Below, piece by piece: positions 1 through 12,500 of a DNA stretch of 64,000 nucleotides. The translations under genes were made by a program, and so were the position numbers. Each line of letters starts with the position of its first letter. Position 1 is the stretch's first letter. The notes under the pieces were generated by a model that was not told the DNA's origin, made no database searches, and was given only the letters and a program-made list of their open reading frames with translations. The stretch is from contig NW_019091357.1 of assembly GCF_001949145.1 (NCBI RefSeq), positions 2,453,920 to 2,517,919 of the forward strand, written 5' to 3'. Source of the DNA: Acanthaster planci. Lineage: Eukaryota.

Positions 1-647
1 GGCCAGGCGTGTGCCTCAATGACTTCACTTATTGTACACTGAAGCTCATGTTCATGCTTGGCTGAGCACCATAGAATGTGAGACAATGCAACAGCTTAGT
101 TGTGTTTCAGAGCCCAATTAGCTGGAAGGGTCAAAAAGCATTGGGTGGTGTGTATTGCGTAGTACTGCACGACTTTAAAATGGCCACCTTTCACTCTCTT
201 TGCACATGGAATGACCCTGAGGCAAGGGGGTGAGAGACTGGGAGTGTCTCAGAGAGCTGGGGGGGGGTTACAATGACATGAATGAGACTGGCCAGTATAG
301 TGGTAACCCTATAGTGGTAAAATGATGTACATGTATGTGTCTCAATTTAGGACATTTGAAAAAAAATGACTGAAATATTGGACCTCTTACCGTTTTGTGT
401 TTAGGTTTTGGAAAACTGTGAAGCTTTTTTTTTTTAATGTCCTGACAACCAGAAATTTGATTTTTTTGTATCAATAATCATTTTTATGGATAATTATAAC
501 AAATAAGTGATTTGGGGGAAGATTTGCAAACAGATACATGTCAGACATTGCATTATTTTTCTGAATAAAAGGGTCTCGACAGTTACATGTAATTTGTTCA
601 TGCTGAGATACGTCTTCAAAGTACTTCATTTCTGTGATTCAGAATCA

Positions 648-908
648 CAAATAGCGCCCTCACATTACCAGAATATACTCATAAACAGTGTCCTCACATG
701 ACTGCAATATCATTGTAACTCATAAATAGCGCCCTCACATTACCTCGATATCGATTTAACTCATAAACAGCGCCCTCACATAACTGAAATATCACTGTAA
801 CTCATAAATAGCGCCCTCACATTACTGTGATATCATTCCAACTCACACACAGTGCCCTCACATAACCACAATGTCATTCTATTTCATAACCAGCGCCCTC
901 ACATTACT
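648..908. repeat. Minisatellite, ~41-bp unit, ~7 copies
   Basis: Recurrent core (c/t)AG(C/T)G(C/T)CCTCACAT...ATATC...AACTCATAAA. Confidence 0.85.
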
Positions 909-3470
909 TGGTTAAAACTCAATTTTTTTATACATCATTTTCAGGGCCCTAAAGACCTGGAAAAGGTGCTGACCAAAGTTTTTTTTTTCAGTGTCGTGAG
1001 ACTTCAGTACTCTGTAGCGGATGTTTTTTCTTTTGATGCCAGAAAATAGCCAAATTAAATAACGCTCATTTTTTGCGACGTGAATATCATTTGTTTAAAT
1101 TATTAATCACTACGTATGATCCTTCGATCCTTTGAGTAGTGTACAAATGCAGATAGACTTGCTTCATCACTAAGGTGGAAGCAAGGAACTGCATCTCTGA
1201 CAAGATTGAGTCCTTTCTTGCCTTTTTGTGAATCAATGCCTAAGATTCAGATGAGGTTCCCTCATGCAATCTTGGAAACTGTTCCTCCTCAGTGATGGAG
1301 GCGAGGACTGGCATCTATCTGAGTTACTTCCTCTCCTTGACATTCTCATGAATCATCTCTGTGAAGTCTCATAGGATCTTGTCCTCCATCTTCCTTCTCT
1401 CCAGGATGAAGGAGGCGAGGGCGCTCTTCTCATCAGCATCATGGTCTGTTTCTCCTGGGGCATACCCACAGCTTTCATATGAGGAGGTCTGGGGAAGAAA
1501 TTAATGACAAAAGGAACTAAGTTGCAGCAGAAATTGAGACACTTCTTCAAAATTTACAGGATCCTTGTACGCTCCTTATTTTTACACCTTTTATTTCATA
1601 AAAAAACCGTTAGTGTCTTTTGCTTTACATCCAGTTTCATGTCAGAAAATGAACTATGACAAGAGGATGCCTTTGACGATGCGCACCCATTACTTCTGAA
1701 AGCGTTTTTGATTTGTACTCTTTGTTAAAAATATTTTTCCAGACACCCCTTTAGGGTTTAGTGAATCAGAAGTGACATTTTTTAAACACTTAAAATTGTC
1801 TTTCCCTTTTCCTAACAAGTGAGGGCGCTGTTTTCGAGTAATACTGTAACATCAATCAGGGAAGACCACTAACCTAAAATATCTAAATACCAACAGCTCC
1901 TACAGAAATCAATGATTGATCCCGAAAGTGTGGGCAGAAATATTTCAACAGTATGCTCAAGCCTGTTGAGTTGGATGCAAGTCGAAAATTTTGGATGGTG
2001 ACTGAAATACTGTTAAGTGTTTACGGCGTGGTCCCTTTTTGTGTTTTGGTTCAATATTTGTCAAAATTAAGGTAGATCCTTCTTTAAATATGAGCTTTGA
2101 ACATAAATTTTTGTCCATATTCATTGCTTACCTTCAAAAAGCCTGAACAAATCCCCATAATGTATGTGATTTTAATTTTTAGACTTATTTTGGAATGTTT
2201 TGGAAACACAGTTCTCAGTGCCCTATCAGATAAAATTTGAGAAAATATGTTAAATTTGGTTTTCAAAATATTTACAAAACAACAGGGATGCCAGGAATTT
2301 ATCTGAATTTCACCTAATGTGCACCTTGGCTTCTACTAATGACTTGTAATAATGGGCAATATTATGAGGAAGAAAAATTGAACTGTGCCAGGTTAAACAT
2401 TAATTAAAAGACCAACAGGGCCAAAAATGTTCGGGCAATTGCCACAGTTGTTCCCAATCCATCTTCTTTGATGTAGAGCAGTGCGCACAGCAAATCATGA
2501 AACCCCTGGGGACAAGGCAGCCATTTGCTCTTGGTTATTGAAAATGGAGACTTTCCTTAAATTATGCCCCTGCTGTTGTCGGTCTAAAAGTATTTTATGT
2601 CTATGATTAGACGCTTCATTTCATGAGTTTTACTATTAAAACTATGAAACCAAAATTGCTCCTTGAACATGTTGAACATGTCTCAGGAAATGTGGACCAT
2701 CAATCAACGGTAATTTGTCATGAAACAGCAACGAACCATGAAGGAAAAGGAACTTTAGGCCGGGAAAATGTGAACTATTCCAGTACAGTGGGTGCATTCA
2801 ACTAGCTTGCCCTGGTACAAGGGTTTAACCTCATCTTTTTTGTCTTGATTGGTTAACACAATGCACACAACCATCCCCAGGTCAGGGTTGCCATAAAAGC
2901 TAGCCACAAGCACCCAAGGGCGGATCCAGGACCCAATTTTTTTTGGGGGGGGGGGTTGGGGACAAATTTGATTCTGGGGTCCAAAATGTTTTAAATTAGA
3001 AAGTTGTTCGAGGGGTTAGGCTACATTTCCACTTTTCAAAAGAAGGGAAATTAAATAGACCAAAAAGATCCTTTCACGTTTTCAAATGACAACTATTTTG
3101 CTCCTGTTTTGGTCATGACCCCAAGTGGCCCCTCCCCCTTTCCTGGATTCATCCTTCCCGAAAGCCAGCAATGAGATGAAACACAGGACTCTTACCTGTG
3201 CTACTCATGAAGTAACCTGCCTCTTCACTTTGGAGATATCATCAGTCAGTCCACTTGCACCATGACACTAGCCAGCCTCAACATTCATGTAGGCAGCCAT
3301 GGCAGTACATGTACATTCACCTGCTAATGAGGCCTTCCCAAATCTAAACACAGGGAAAAACGGCAGAAAAACAAGAAAAGGTCACCTAAGGTTTTTCAGT
3401 CACACTGTAATAATAATGTTTTCCCCAAATGAGCAAAACTTAACAAATTGTGAAAACTCTGGCTGTGTGA

Positions 3471-5438
3471 ATGGAAATTTCTTGAAGAACCTCTGAATTT
3501 TACAATATTTGTATTGGGAAGGAAAGTCATGCATACGAAGTTAGTACAAAAAACCAGCATTGGACAGCCCAATTCTTGGGGGATTGCCGCAGCCTGTGCC
3601 AATGTAACCAAGCTCTTGTAGAGATGAGACGTTAGGAAGTACCAGGGCCAAATCTACCTGCAAAAATTAATTTCTTCACGGATGGCAAATATGACCGACA
3701 AGTGACAGCTTTTCTACCTGCTGTTTTCTCCATCCACTGTTCCTGTTCCTCATCACTGTGAGAGTAGCTGTCACTTGGGTCCTCACTGGAATTGAGTCTT
3801 TCTTGAGCCCACTTCTTGAGAAGAACAACACGGAGATAAAATACGGATGTCATCACCGACTCTTGGTCTTAACTTCAGCAGTGAAAACAGAGTGGTGACT
3901 TCATCATAAAAACATGGACAAAAAATGTAAGCAGTATCTTTCCTTAGTGGAAAGCCGCATTGAATTGTCAAATTTGTCAAAGGAAGTCACAGTGCAAAGG
4001 TTTTGTGTAGAATTGTTCATTTTGTTTCTGATATCTAGGGCCTTTTTGCACACAGTCGTTGGACAAAGTACATGTACTTACCTTCTCTGTCTGTGCTACG
4101 GTTAACATCAGAGTCATCTTCATCCTTTTCTGTGAGGCCAAACTTGTCAGAGCTGACAAAGTGTAGACAAAGTAATAATTATTTAAGCAGCAAGACGTAA
4201 GGACAGTATAGAAGGACGGTGGTTCCTGGAAACCTGTCCGAATCCTAAAAAATCCTCCCCAGAATGATACATTCTCCAAAATTCTATGGACACATCAAGT
4301 CCCATTTGAATTCAAAGAGGCTGGGCTGGGCTCTACCTTCCTCAATCTTCCACAAAATCTCCAGGTGGATTTTGAAGGATCTGGGAAGGTTGGCATTAAG
4401 ACACATGTAATAGTACCGGGGAAAATGAGTAAACTTGCTGGAATAAAGTTCACNGATGGAAATTTCTTGAAGAACCTCTGAATTTTACAATATTTGTATT
4501 GGGAAGGAAAGTCATGCATACGAAGTTAGTACAAAAAACCAGCATTGGACAGCCCAATTCTTGGGGGATTGCCGCAGCCTGTGCCAATGTAACCAAGCTC
4601 TTGTAGAGATGAGACGTTAGGAACTACCAGGGCCAAATCTACCTGCAAAAATTAATTTCTTCACGGATGGCAAATATGACCGTCAAGTGACAGCTTTTGT
4701 ACCTGCTGTTTTCTCCATCCACTGTTCTTGTTCCTCATCACTGTGAGAGTAGCTGTCACTTGGGTCCTCACTGGAACTTGAGTCTCTCTTGAGCCCACGT
4801 CTTGAGAAGAACACAAAGGAGGTAAAATATGGATATCATCACTGACTCTAGGTGTTAACTTCAGCAGTGAAAACAGAGTAGTGACTTCATCATAAAAACA
4901 TGAACAAAAAATGTACGCAGTATCTTTCCTTAGTGGAAAGCCGCATTGAATTGTCAAATTTGTCAAAGGAAGTCACAGTGCAAAGGTTTTGTATAAAATT
5001 GTTCATTTTCTTTTTGATATCTAAGACCTTTTTACACACAGTCTGTTTACAAAGTACATGTACTTACCTTCTCTGTCTGTGCTACGGTTAACATCAGAGT
5101 CATCTTCATCCTTTTCTGTGAGGCCAAACTTGTCAGAGCTGACAAAGTGTAGACAAAGTAATAATTATTTAAGCAGCAAGACGTAAGGACAGTGTAGAAA
5201 GACGGTGGTTCCTGGAAACCTGTCCGAATCCTAAAAAATCCTCCCCAGAATGATACATTCTCCAAAATTCTAAGGACACATCAAGTCCCATTTGAATTCA
5301 AAGAGGCTGGGCCGGGCTCTACCTTCCTCAATCTTCCACAAATCTCCTGGTGGATTTTGAAGGATCTGGGAAGGTTGGCATTAAGACACATGTAATAGTA
5401 CCGGGGAAAATGAGTAAACTTGCGGGAATAAAGTTCAC
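3471..5438. repeat. ~985-bp direct duplication split by a single N at 4453 (probable haplotype duplication)
   Basis: 3471-4452 matches 4456-5438; paired ORF translations are nearly identical. Confidence 0.85.
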
Positions 5439-5896
5439 TTTCTCAATCCAGCTTGTCATTGAATAACCTGGTGCTGGGAAGGAACTTACTCAGGTTCTGT
5501 GCTCTCCACTGATGCTGCCCACTCATTGGCCACTCCTTGCTCCATCATCTTCTCTTAATGCCTGCCTCCTACAATAAAACAAAAACAATGCATCCCTTCA
5601 GCTTTCACTCTTGTCACAGCAACATCCTTCATTTAGTGTTGAAGTCCCCTAACTGTTCACCCCCTAACTTTGGTGCAGTTTGATTTTTTGCCTCCAGTGC
5701 CTTGCAGGAGCAACATTTTTACCTCAAATTTCAAAGTAAGTGAACTTTCATCCAACTCCCACTAATCTAATTCAAAACTCCCGATTTTACTCACCCACTA
5801 CAACTTTCCAATGAAATTTTATTTTGGCTCAATTTTCTAATTTTGTTTTTCTTCAGTGCAAAAGGGACACTTCTAAACCTGCCAAAACCTTCTAAA

Positions 5897-5993
5897 TCTG
5901 TGGTCTGGAGCTAGGTCTAGGTCTTCGCTGCATTGGAAATGTATGGAGACACATAGACAATAGACCTAGCCGTAGCTCTAGAAGCCCGTTTCG
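5897..5993 (-). repeat. Interspersed ~100-bp repeat, also at 25883-25980 and 37733-37830 in the opposite orientation
   Basis: Its reverse complement matches ccgagacgggcttccagagctacggctaggtgtattgtct...gaagacctagacttagctctagacaacaga. Confidence 0.7.
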
Positions 5994-6516
5994 GATACAA
6001 CCTTAGTTATAGCCACAGACGGCACTACGACGGCATAAGACATAAAGTGTCCCAAATTGCCACACATTTCACATTCAGGCAAGATACATCTCAAAAGGCA
6101 GTTTCTAACTTTTCCGGTCAGTTCTGAATTTGACTCTCAAAAATGAAGAAAACCTTGGTATAAATAGAAGATTTCAACTGCGAATTCCTTTTGGAAAACA
6201 GTTTAGGGAACGAGTTTCAATGCCAGTAAATACTACTCACCGGAAGTAAAAAAATCGTCTGGCAAGTGACATTCATTGTTGGCTGCAGTACGGCCTCATC
6301 CTAGCTCACTGGTGGCGCTGTAACCGGACCTGGTGCTGTCACACAGCAGCCAGCTGCGTGGGCACAATCTAAATAGATGTCCTGGACGAGAGCGTCGGTT
6401 AGAATTTTACTTGTGTAGTCTATGTTAGTTTTGCTGCACGGTCAGGCATAGCTTACCTCGGGATTTTTGTTCAATCTTTTATGATCTTCTGGCTTCTTCT
6501 CGCTTCGTCCATCCGA

Positions 6517-9500
6517 TCATGGGAGGGCATCTTCACCACGCCCTGTCAAAGCTGCAAACACTGCTGTGAATAAACCAAACTTGAAGGAGGAAAGACAGAC
6601 CAGCAGAGAGGAAGAGAAGTGGGTGGAGAGACACCGACCTAATTCCCTAAAAACTCTTACTTACTTTCGATTTTCCACTTACCTAGCTGGCCACTCAGAG
6701 TCACCGTAGCCTCTCCCGTGCCGTTATTCACTGAGCACACGTAGTCGCCGTCCTCCGTCCCCGAGTACGGGTTGAGGTCCACGTGCAGACGAAACACTCC
6801 GCCGCTGCGGTCCTCGTACACGGAGTGGATGACGTCATTTTCTATTCTCAGGCGATCATTACCAACGACTCGCAGCCAATCGGCGTGATGGACGTGATCG
6901 ACGTCATCAGCGGTGCAAATAAAGCGGACGGGCTGACCTTGAACTGGTTTCGTCACACTTGCAGAAATGGATCCATTGTAAGCTGCATTGTATACAATAC
7001 ACTGTGAATATTAATTAATTTGATTCAATTCAATTCATACACCTTTTGATATCGATAAAGATGACACTTAAGAATTAAGTATCTAGACAAAGAAGAAACC
7101 CCCAAACAGTGGAAGCAGGGATGGCGCAGAGAGGTTTGAAAAAGTTAATTCCATTTTGTCTCAAGAATAAAAACGAAAATTATGAAGAAAAATTGTAAAG
7201 CTACAAGACAATCCGCCTCGAGCAGAAGCCCCCCTCATCGGTTGAAAAGAGCCATATTGGTCCAGAGTGATCATTTTCGTTGGTAGCGATGCGACCGTGA
7301 CGGATGCATTTTCTCAGTCGTTCGTGAACCACCAATGCGCAATTACTACCAAAGAAGCCTCCATTGCAAGGAGAATTGCGCCCTCTCTCTTCCCCATACA
7401 GAATGTCCATTTAAAATGGAAGAAAAAATACCTTTCATACAAACGCTCAGTTTTTAATTTGTACCCGTTGAGCCTGTATTGAAATAAGTCATACTCATCA
7501 TGCGCGTGACTTGAAGCGCACATTAAATTAGCCAACTGTGGGAGAACCCCAAGCTGACCCAATTACTAATCGGGATAGTAAGATTTTTTTGTTTCTCACC
7601 GAAACGGGCTTCCAGCGTGATATTAACGACTTGTCCCGCAGCCGTAAATGAGCACCTGTATGTCCCGTCGTCCTGGCTGAAACTATAATGGTGGACTGTC
7701 AGCCTCGAGACCTTGGTCAGATTACCCACTACAACAAATAAGTTGTTCTGGATCTAAGCCACGAGGGGAAAAAAGGAAGAAAACTATTTGCTTGGGTAGC
7801 TTTTTTCACAAATTAATAAGTTTCCACTCGTCCACAGGCTGAGTAAATATAAAAACAAGATAAGGAAATTTTATACATGTATAAAGCCAAGAACAAGGTG
7901 GAGATATGAGCAGAAACGGCTGAATAAAACTAACAATAGTTTGAGGGAGTTCTTTCTATAAGACTTCAAATTGTGGCAGCGTAGGGTTAGCAAATGGTAA
8001 GGAGTTGTAATGTGGAATAACCTGGTACTTGCTGGTAGTGTGGTTAACCCCGTCGCCATTTGGAATAACCCAAATGACGTCAGGTTCAATGTTGGGATAG
8101 GACACTGCGCATTCCAGCTGGTAGGAATTGGTTCCTTGGTCAAAGGTGGCGTTCGCCCAAACTTTTCGGAGGCCAGACTCTGTAATGAAGGGGAAAAATT
8201 GCAAATATCGCTTACTAATAAATTGTGTTTACTAATAAATAGAAGGCGGAAAGAGTTTAGAGTAATAATGTGCGCATGAACTCACTGCCCACAACAACCG
8301 AAGTATCCCTAGCGGTGTCAGAGTTCACTAGGCATGCGTACTCCCCCTCGTCACTTTGGATAAATCGGCTGATCGTCAGCGTTGACTGCCAACTGGTCGC
8401 ATTGTTCACTATTTTAGCGATGAGATATCGTCCACTGGACCTCACTATGGTAAAAGGATCGCTCGTCGCTGCCGTGCGGTGGCCCCACTCCATGACGTAA
8501 ATGTCGTCATCAGACGCTACGCATGTGATGATTACGTCACTTCCATAGTAGGGAGTTTGATCGCTTGATACAGTGACAATACCTTGAAATTCTGTGAAAA
8601 TAATGAAAGAATAAAAGCATTAATGTCAGTCGGTAATTTAGCGATGTACAGGAACGGAAATGATATTTCAGAATTTGATTTCTGTGGACTTAGTAAAAGG
8701 ACTTAAAATGTTTAACTTACTGTACTGTGTGGATATATTAGCCTTCTCAACCTTGATCCCAGACTGTGCAACGCACGTAAAGGTCACATTATCGAGGTCC
8801 GGACGAAAACCAATGAGTGTCAGAGTGGATACCCTCGTGGGGAATGTGTCTATCGTGTCCGAGATCTCCCAAACGCCCTGGACCGGCGAGACGGGCGAAC
8901 CATCGGCCAGCCAAGTGACGTTGGGTACTGGGTAATGCTCGGTGAGACACGTCAAGGTGAAATTATTGCCGACGACGTCGTAGTGTTTGCTCAGCTGCAC
9001 GATTCGAAGTGTAGATTCTGAAAGGTGAATGAACAGAGGCTATTCTGGTGACAAGATGAGCCCCCAGTAGGATTTAGAAAGTTAATAACTGACGGTTCGC
9101 TCCTAACCCTGATCGACTGTAACTGTACAGCGATCTCTTGTTTAACAGTAACGCTGTAGCTTCGAACAGTTCTTTAGAAACACAATCTTGGATAGTGCAA
9201 AACTGATTCAAATCAAATAAAAATGAGCTTCCCCTTGCTCTTTCGCAGCCTGCCCGAAGGTAAACACCTCACCCATCTCAAGGCATCCTTGTAGACATGG
9301 ACTCGCCCGTAAGGCAGAGTCCAGCGACGCTCTTACCTCCCACGGCGCACCCGTAGATCTCCACCCTCACCATGATTTCATTGTTCCAGAGTTTGGGCGA
9401 GAAGCGGAGGAACCTCGTGGTGATATTAGGGGTGAGAGTGGTGAAGCTGGTCGGACCCTCACTGTAGTTTGAGTTGAATACCTGGAACAAAGCAAACACC

Positions 9501-12500
9501 ATGATTGTTGGAACCGCTGATGGTTCTACGTCAAAAACCATGGGAAACAAGATATCCAGCGAGTGGGATTAATTTTACACAGCAAAATATTGGTACGAAA
9601 TTCAAACTGACTATTCAAAGCAGCTATTTCTTCAGGTAACAGCATTTTCATTAACATTTTCTACACAGTGAAAGTTTTGGGCCATTCTCAAATTCGAGAC
9701 CTGCTGACTTCTGAAAGCAAAAATACTCACGCTCATCCCTCGTGCATCTGTATAGAGCACCCAAGAATCATCTTCATTTGCTTTAGCACGTAGACTGAAC
9801 TCCTGAACGTGGTTGATCGGGGGAGAGTTATCGGGGTCTCCCTGGACAGCGATGCCCGTTATCTGTCGAGTCACAGACATGCAAAAGAACCTTTCTTGAA
9901 AGCTTGGCTGAAACACTTCAGATTTGACTATCTTAAACAAACGTCTCCATGGCAGGAGAAGAAAACTGGGAACTTTTTCAAATCAGTAAAAATGCGGCCA
10001 TTTAAATACCACATCCACTGGCAGCGAAATAAGTCAGTTACATGTATTTCTATTCAGTGTGTTTAATAGTTCAACCCGTTTGCGAATCGGTGGCTGAGAA
10101 GTTTATGCCATCCTCTACACTGGCAGGATTCATGTTTAACTTTGAGAAGGAGGACAGACACACTAACGGAATAAAAGGGATTTCCTGTCCATTGTTCACC
10201 GGATATTTCCTCTGTGGTTCAAGTTCCCTGTGCTTAATTGTTTATGGCAGAAAGCCATACTGAACGACAGGAAAAACAATGCCTTGACCTCTGGGATCGA
10301 GGTAGCAAAACACGAAAGCGTTCAAGCGTTCATCACAGCACGGCAAGGCAAGTGCAGAAGGCTTAGGAGAATGACATTCACCAGTTGTGGAAGAAGGTAA
10401 GAAAGGAGAAACGACAGGAGGAGTTATTATGTTCCTACCGCAAAATCGACACCGAGATCGAAATCCAGCCATTGGTTGGCGTCGCTCGTGGTAGGTACCC
10501 ACGGATCTAGCCCATTCACTCCCGGAACCTGAAAGGAGAAGAGAAACATTTTAACTGCAACTTCCGATAAACTTCTTCAAAGTGTTGAAAATCGAGATGA
10601 ATGTAACAAAGACTTCAGAATTCAATCATTCTGGTGGTCATGTGGCAGTGGACATAAACAGTACAGTTGGGATGGGTGATTATGATGGAGGGGAACTGAA
10701 ATTCCTCTCCAGGGGTGAGGTGGGGGTCAAGGGAAACAGGTCTCGGCTGTGGGGTACATTTCTCTATAACTTGTACAAATATCTAATTAAGGGCGTCATT
10801 ATGCAAAATGCGAAACCAAACAACTACCTGTAAAGAGGACTACGCTTAGGCCACACCAAGCCCCACCCCGGTAAAAAAAAGAAGCCTCACCTTAAACGGC
10901 GACGACTTGACAGTTGATGGCGTTATTTGTACAACCCCAACTTCACCGCTCGACACACCCACCGGTAACTCGCAGAATGATGCTGTGAGAAAAATTATTA
11001 AACGCATGTGTAAAGTATACTGATGTGAATTTATAAACCAAACAACATTCAACAATATTGATGCAGCAGGCGCTCCATCATCAGTTCAACACCCTTGTTG
11101 ATGGGTGTTGAACAAGATACACTCCTAAAACCTCTCCTAGAATGTGCAACTGATTATTATCAATTAAAGCAAGTGGTTAAGTCAGTAAGAACCATCTCGC
11201 CGTGAACTGCACCCTGTCTACTCTTTCGTGAGAGAAACAGTTCTTGACAAATTTAGTGAACTAACGCAGGGAGATAGCGATTGTCTTGGCATCGACGAAT
11301 ACGTCGTCTCGAGCGATGCACACCAGCGAGGTGTTGGCGAGCGTGCTGCTGACGAAGTTATCGATAGTCATGACGGATGGCGAGACGTTGGAATCGATAC
11401 TGATGATTCCTCCCGACGCCAGGGGTGCTGCTGCAGCGGGACGGGGGGTTTCAGGGTCAAACCGCGCCCACTCCATCCTGAATGAACCCACGGTCGGAGA
11501 GCCCACGGTGGCTGTGCAAGTCAGTCGCAGATCAGGGTTTAAGTGGTGACTCTCTTGTCGCAGTCCGTCTACGCTGATGGATTCCAAAGCTGTTCATAAA
11601 GCGGAACAAAAAAGCGGCTTGAAAAACGTATATAACGCAAATCTACGAAATGAAGAAACTTCGATATTCTCTTTGAGGACTTAGGACTGAGAAAAGTCTA
11701 AGCCATCGTTGAAACTTTATTATTGCTTTAGCTGCAATGAAGGACCTAAGACTTAATGCAATACCTGTAGAATCCGGGCACCTGTAACGCACTTCGAAAT
11801 CAGGACACGATCCGGTGTTATCTGCGTGCTGACAGCGGAATCCATTGGCATTACAGAGATACGGAACCTCAGGAACGAATCCACTGGCCAGAAGGTCTTG
11901 CTTGGACGCCTTCAGGCGACATTCTGCGCCTATGGGCTGGCTGCACAGGTCAGGGTACGCCTTGAGGGAAAAACAGATAATGGATAGATGAGGGTGCGGA
12001 CCTATAAGCGACTTTCCGCACCTTCAGGCACGCCTGGGGCTGTATCGTATATTGTGAATGGCCCAGTAAGCTGCGAGCATAGACATTTCACGCCGCGGTA
12101 GCAAGTGGACCCACGGATAAGACTAAACCGCAGGATTGCCAGGGTTTGCTTTACCTGAGGAAAAAAACCTGCATGCATGGATGCATGAAACAAATCGTGG
12201 GTCTTAAGGTGACTTTTAGCACCCGTAGGCCTAAATATGTATCGGCGATGTCCTTCACTTGAAGCTGTGAGCTCAGCGTAAGCCTCTCAAAGCAACACAG
12301 AGTACCTTTTATCCAGGGTGAATGTTAAACTCTAACATCATAATGAGCTTTTTCAAGATGTATTTTTTTTAATTTTTGTATTTTTGTATTTGTGAGTTTT
12401 TTTTTCGCAATCTCTCGGACAAGCACTGAGCATACAGTGCTTATTAATATACGTTGGGTACGGGCAAACCGTTATATATAACTAATGAGCTTCTTTAGTC

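Larger units (their letters stand above)
1100..6563 (-). pseudogene. Decayed spliced gene-like region encoding acidic/charged peptides with in-frame stops
   Basis: Chain of AG/GT-bounded blocks (6563-6457, 6368-6241, 5568-5490, ~5365-5323, ~5115-5068, ~3867-3718, ~1487-1100). Splice phases match across the upstream blocks, but there are in-frame stops and frameshifts between the duplicated copies. Confidence 0.35.

Noticed and set aside
648..908. CRISPR-like repeat-spacer array
   Set aside because: The context is eukaryotic, the spacers are mutually homologous, and there are no cas genes.
3471..5438. 985-bp direct repeat as an LTR pair or biological duplication
   Set aside because: The copies are joined at a single N (4453), with no internal element or LTR hallmarks, so this is probably a scaffolding artefact.
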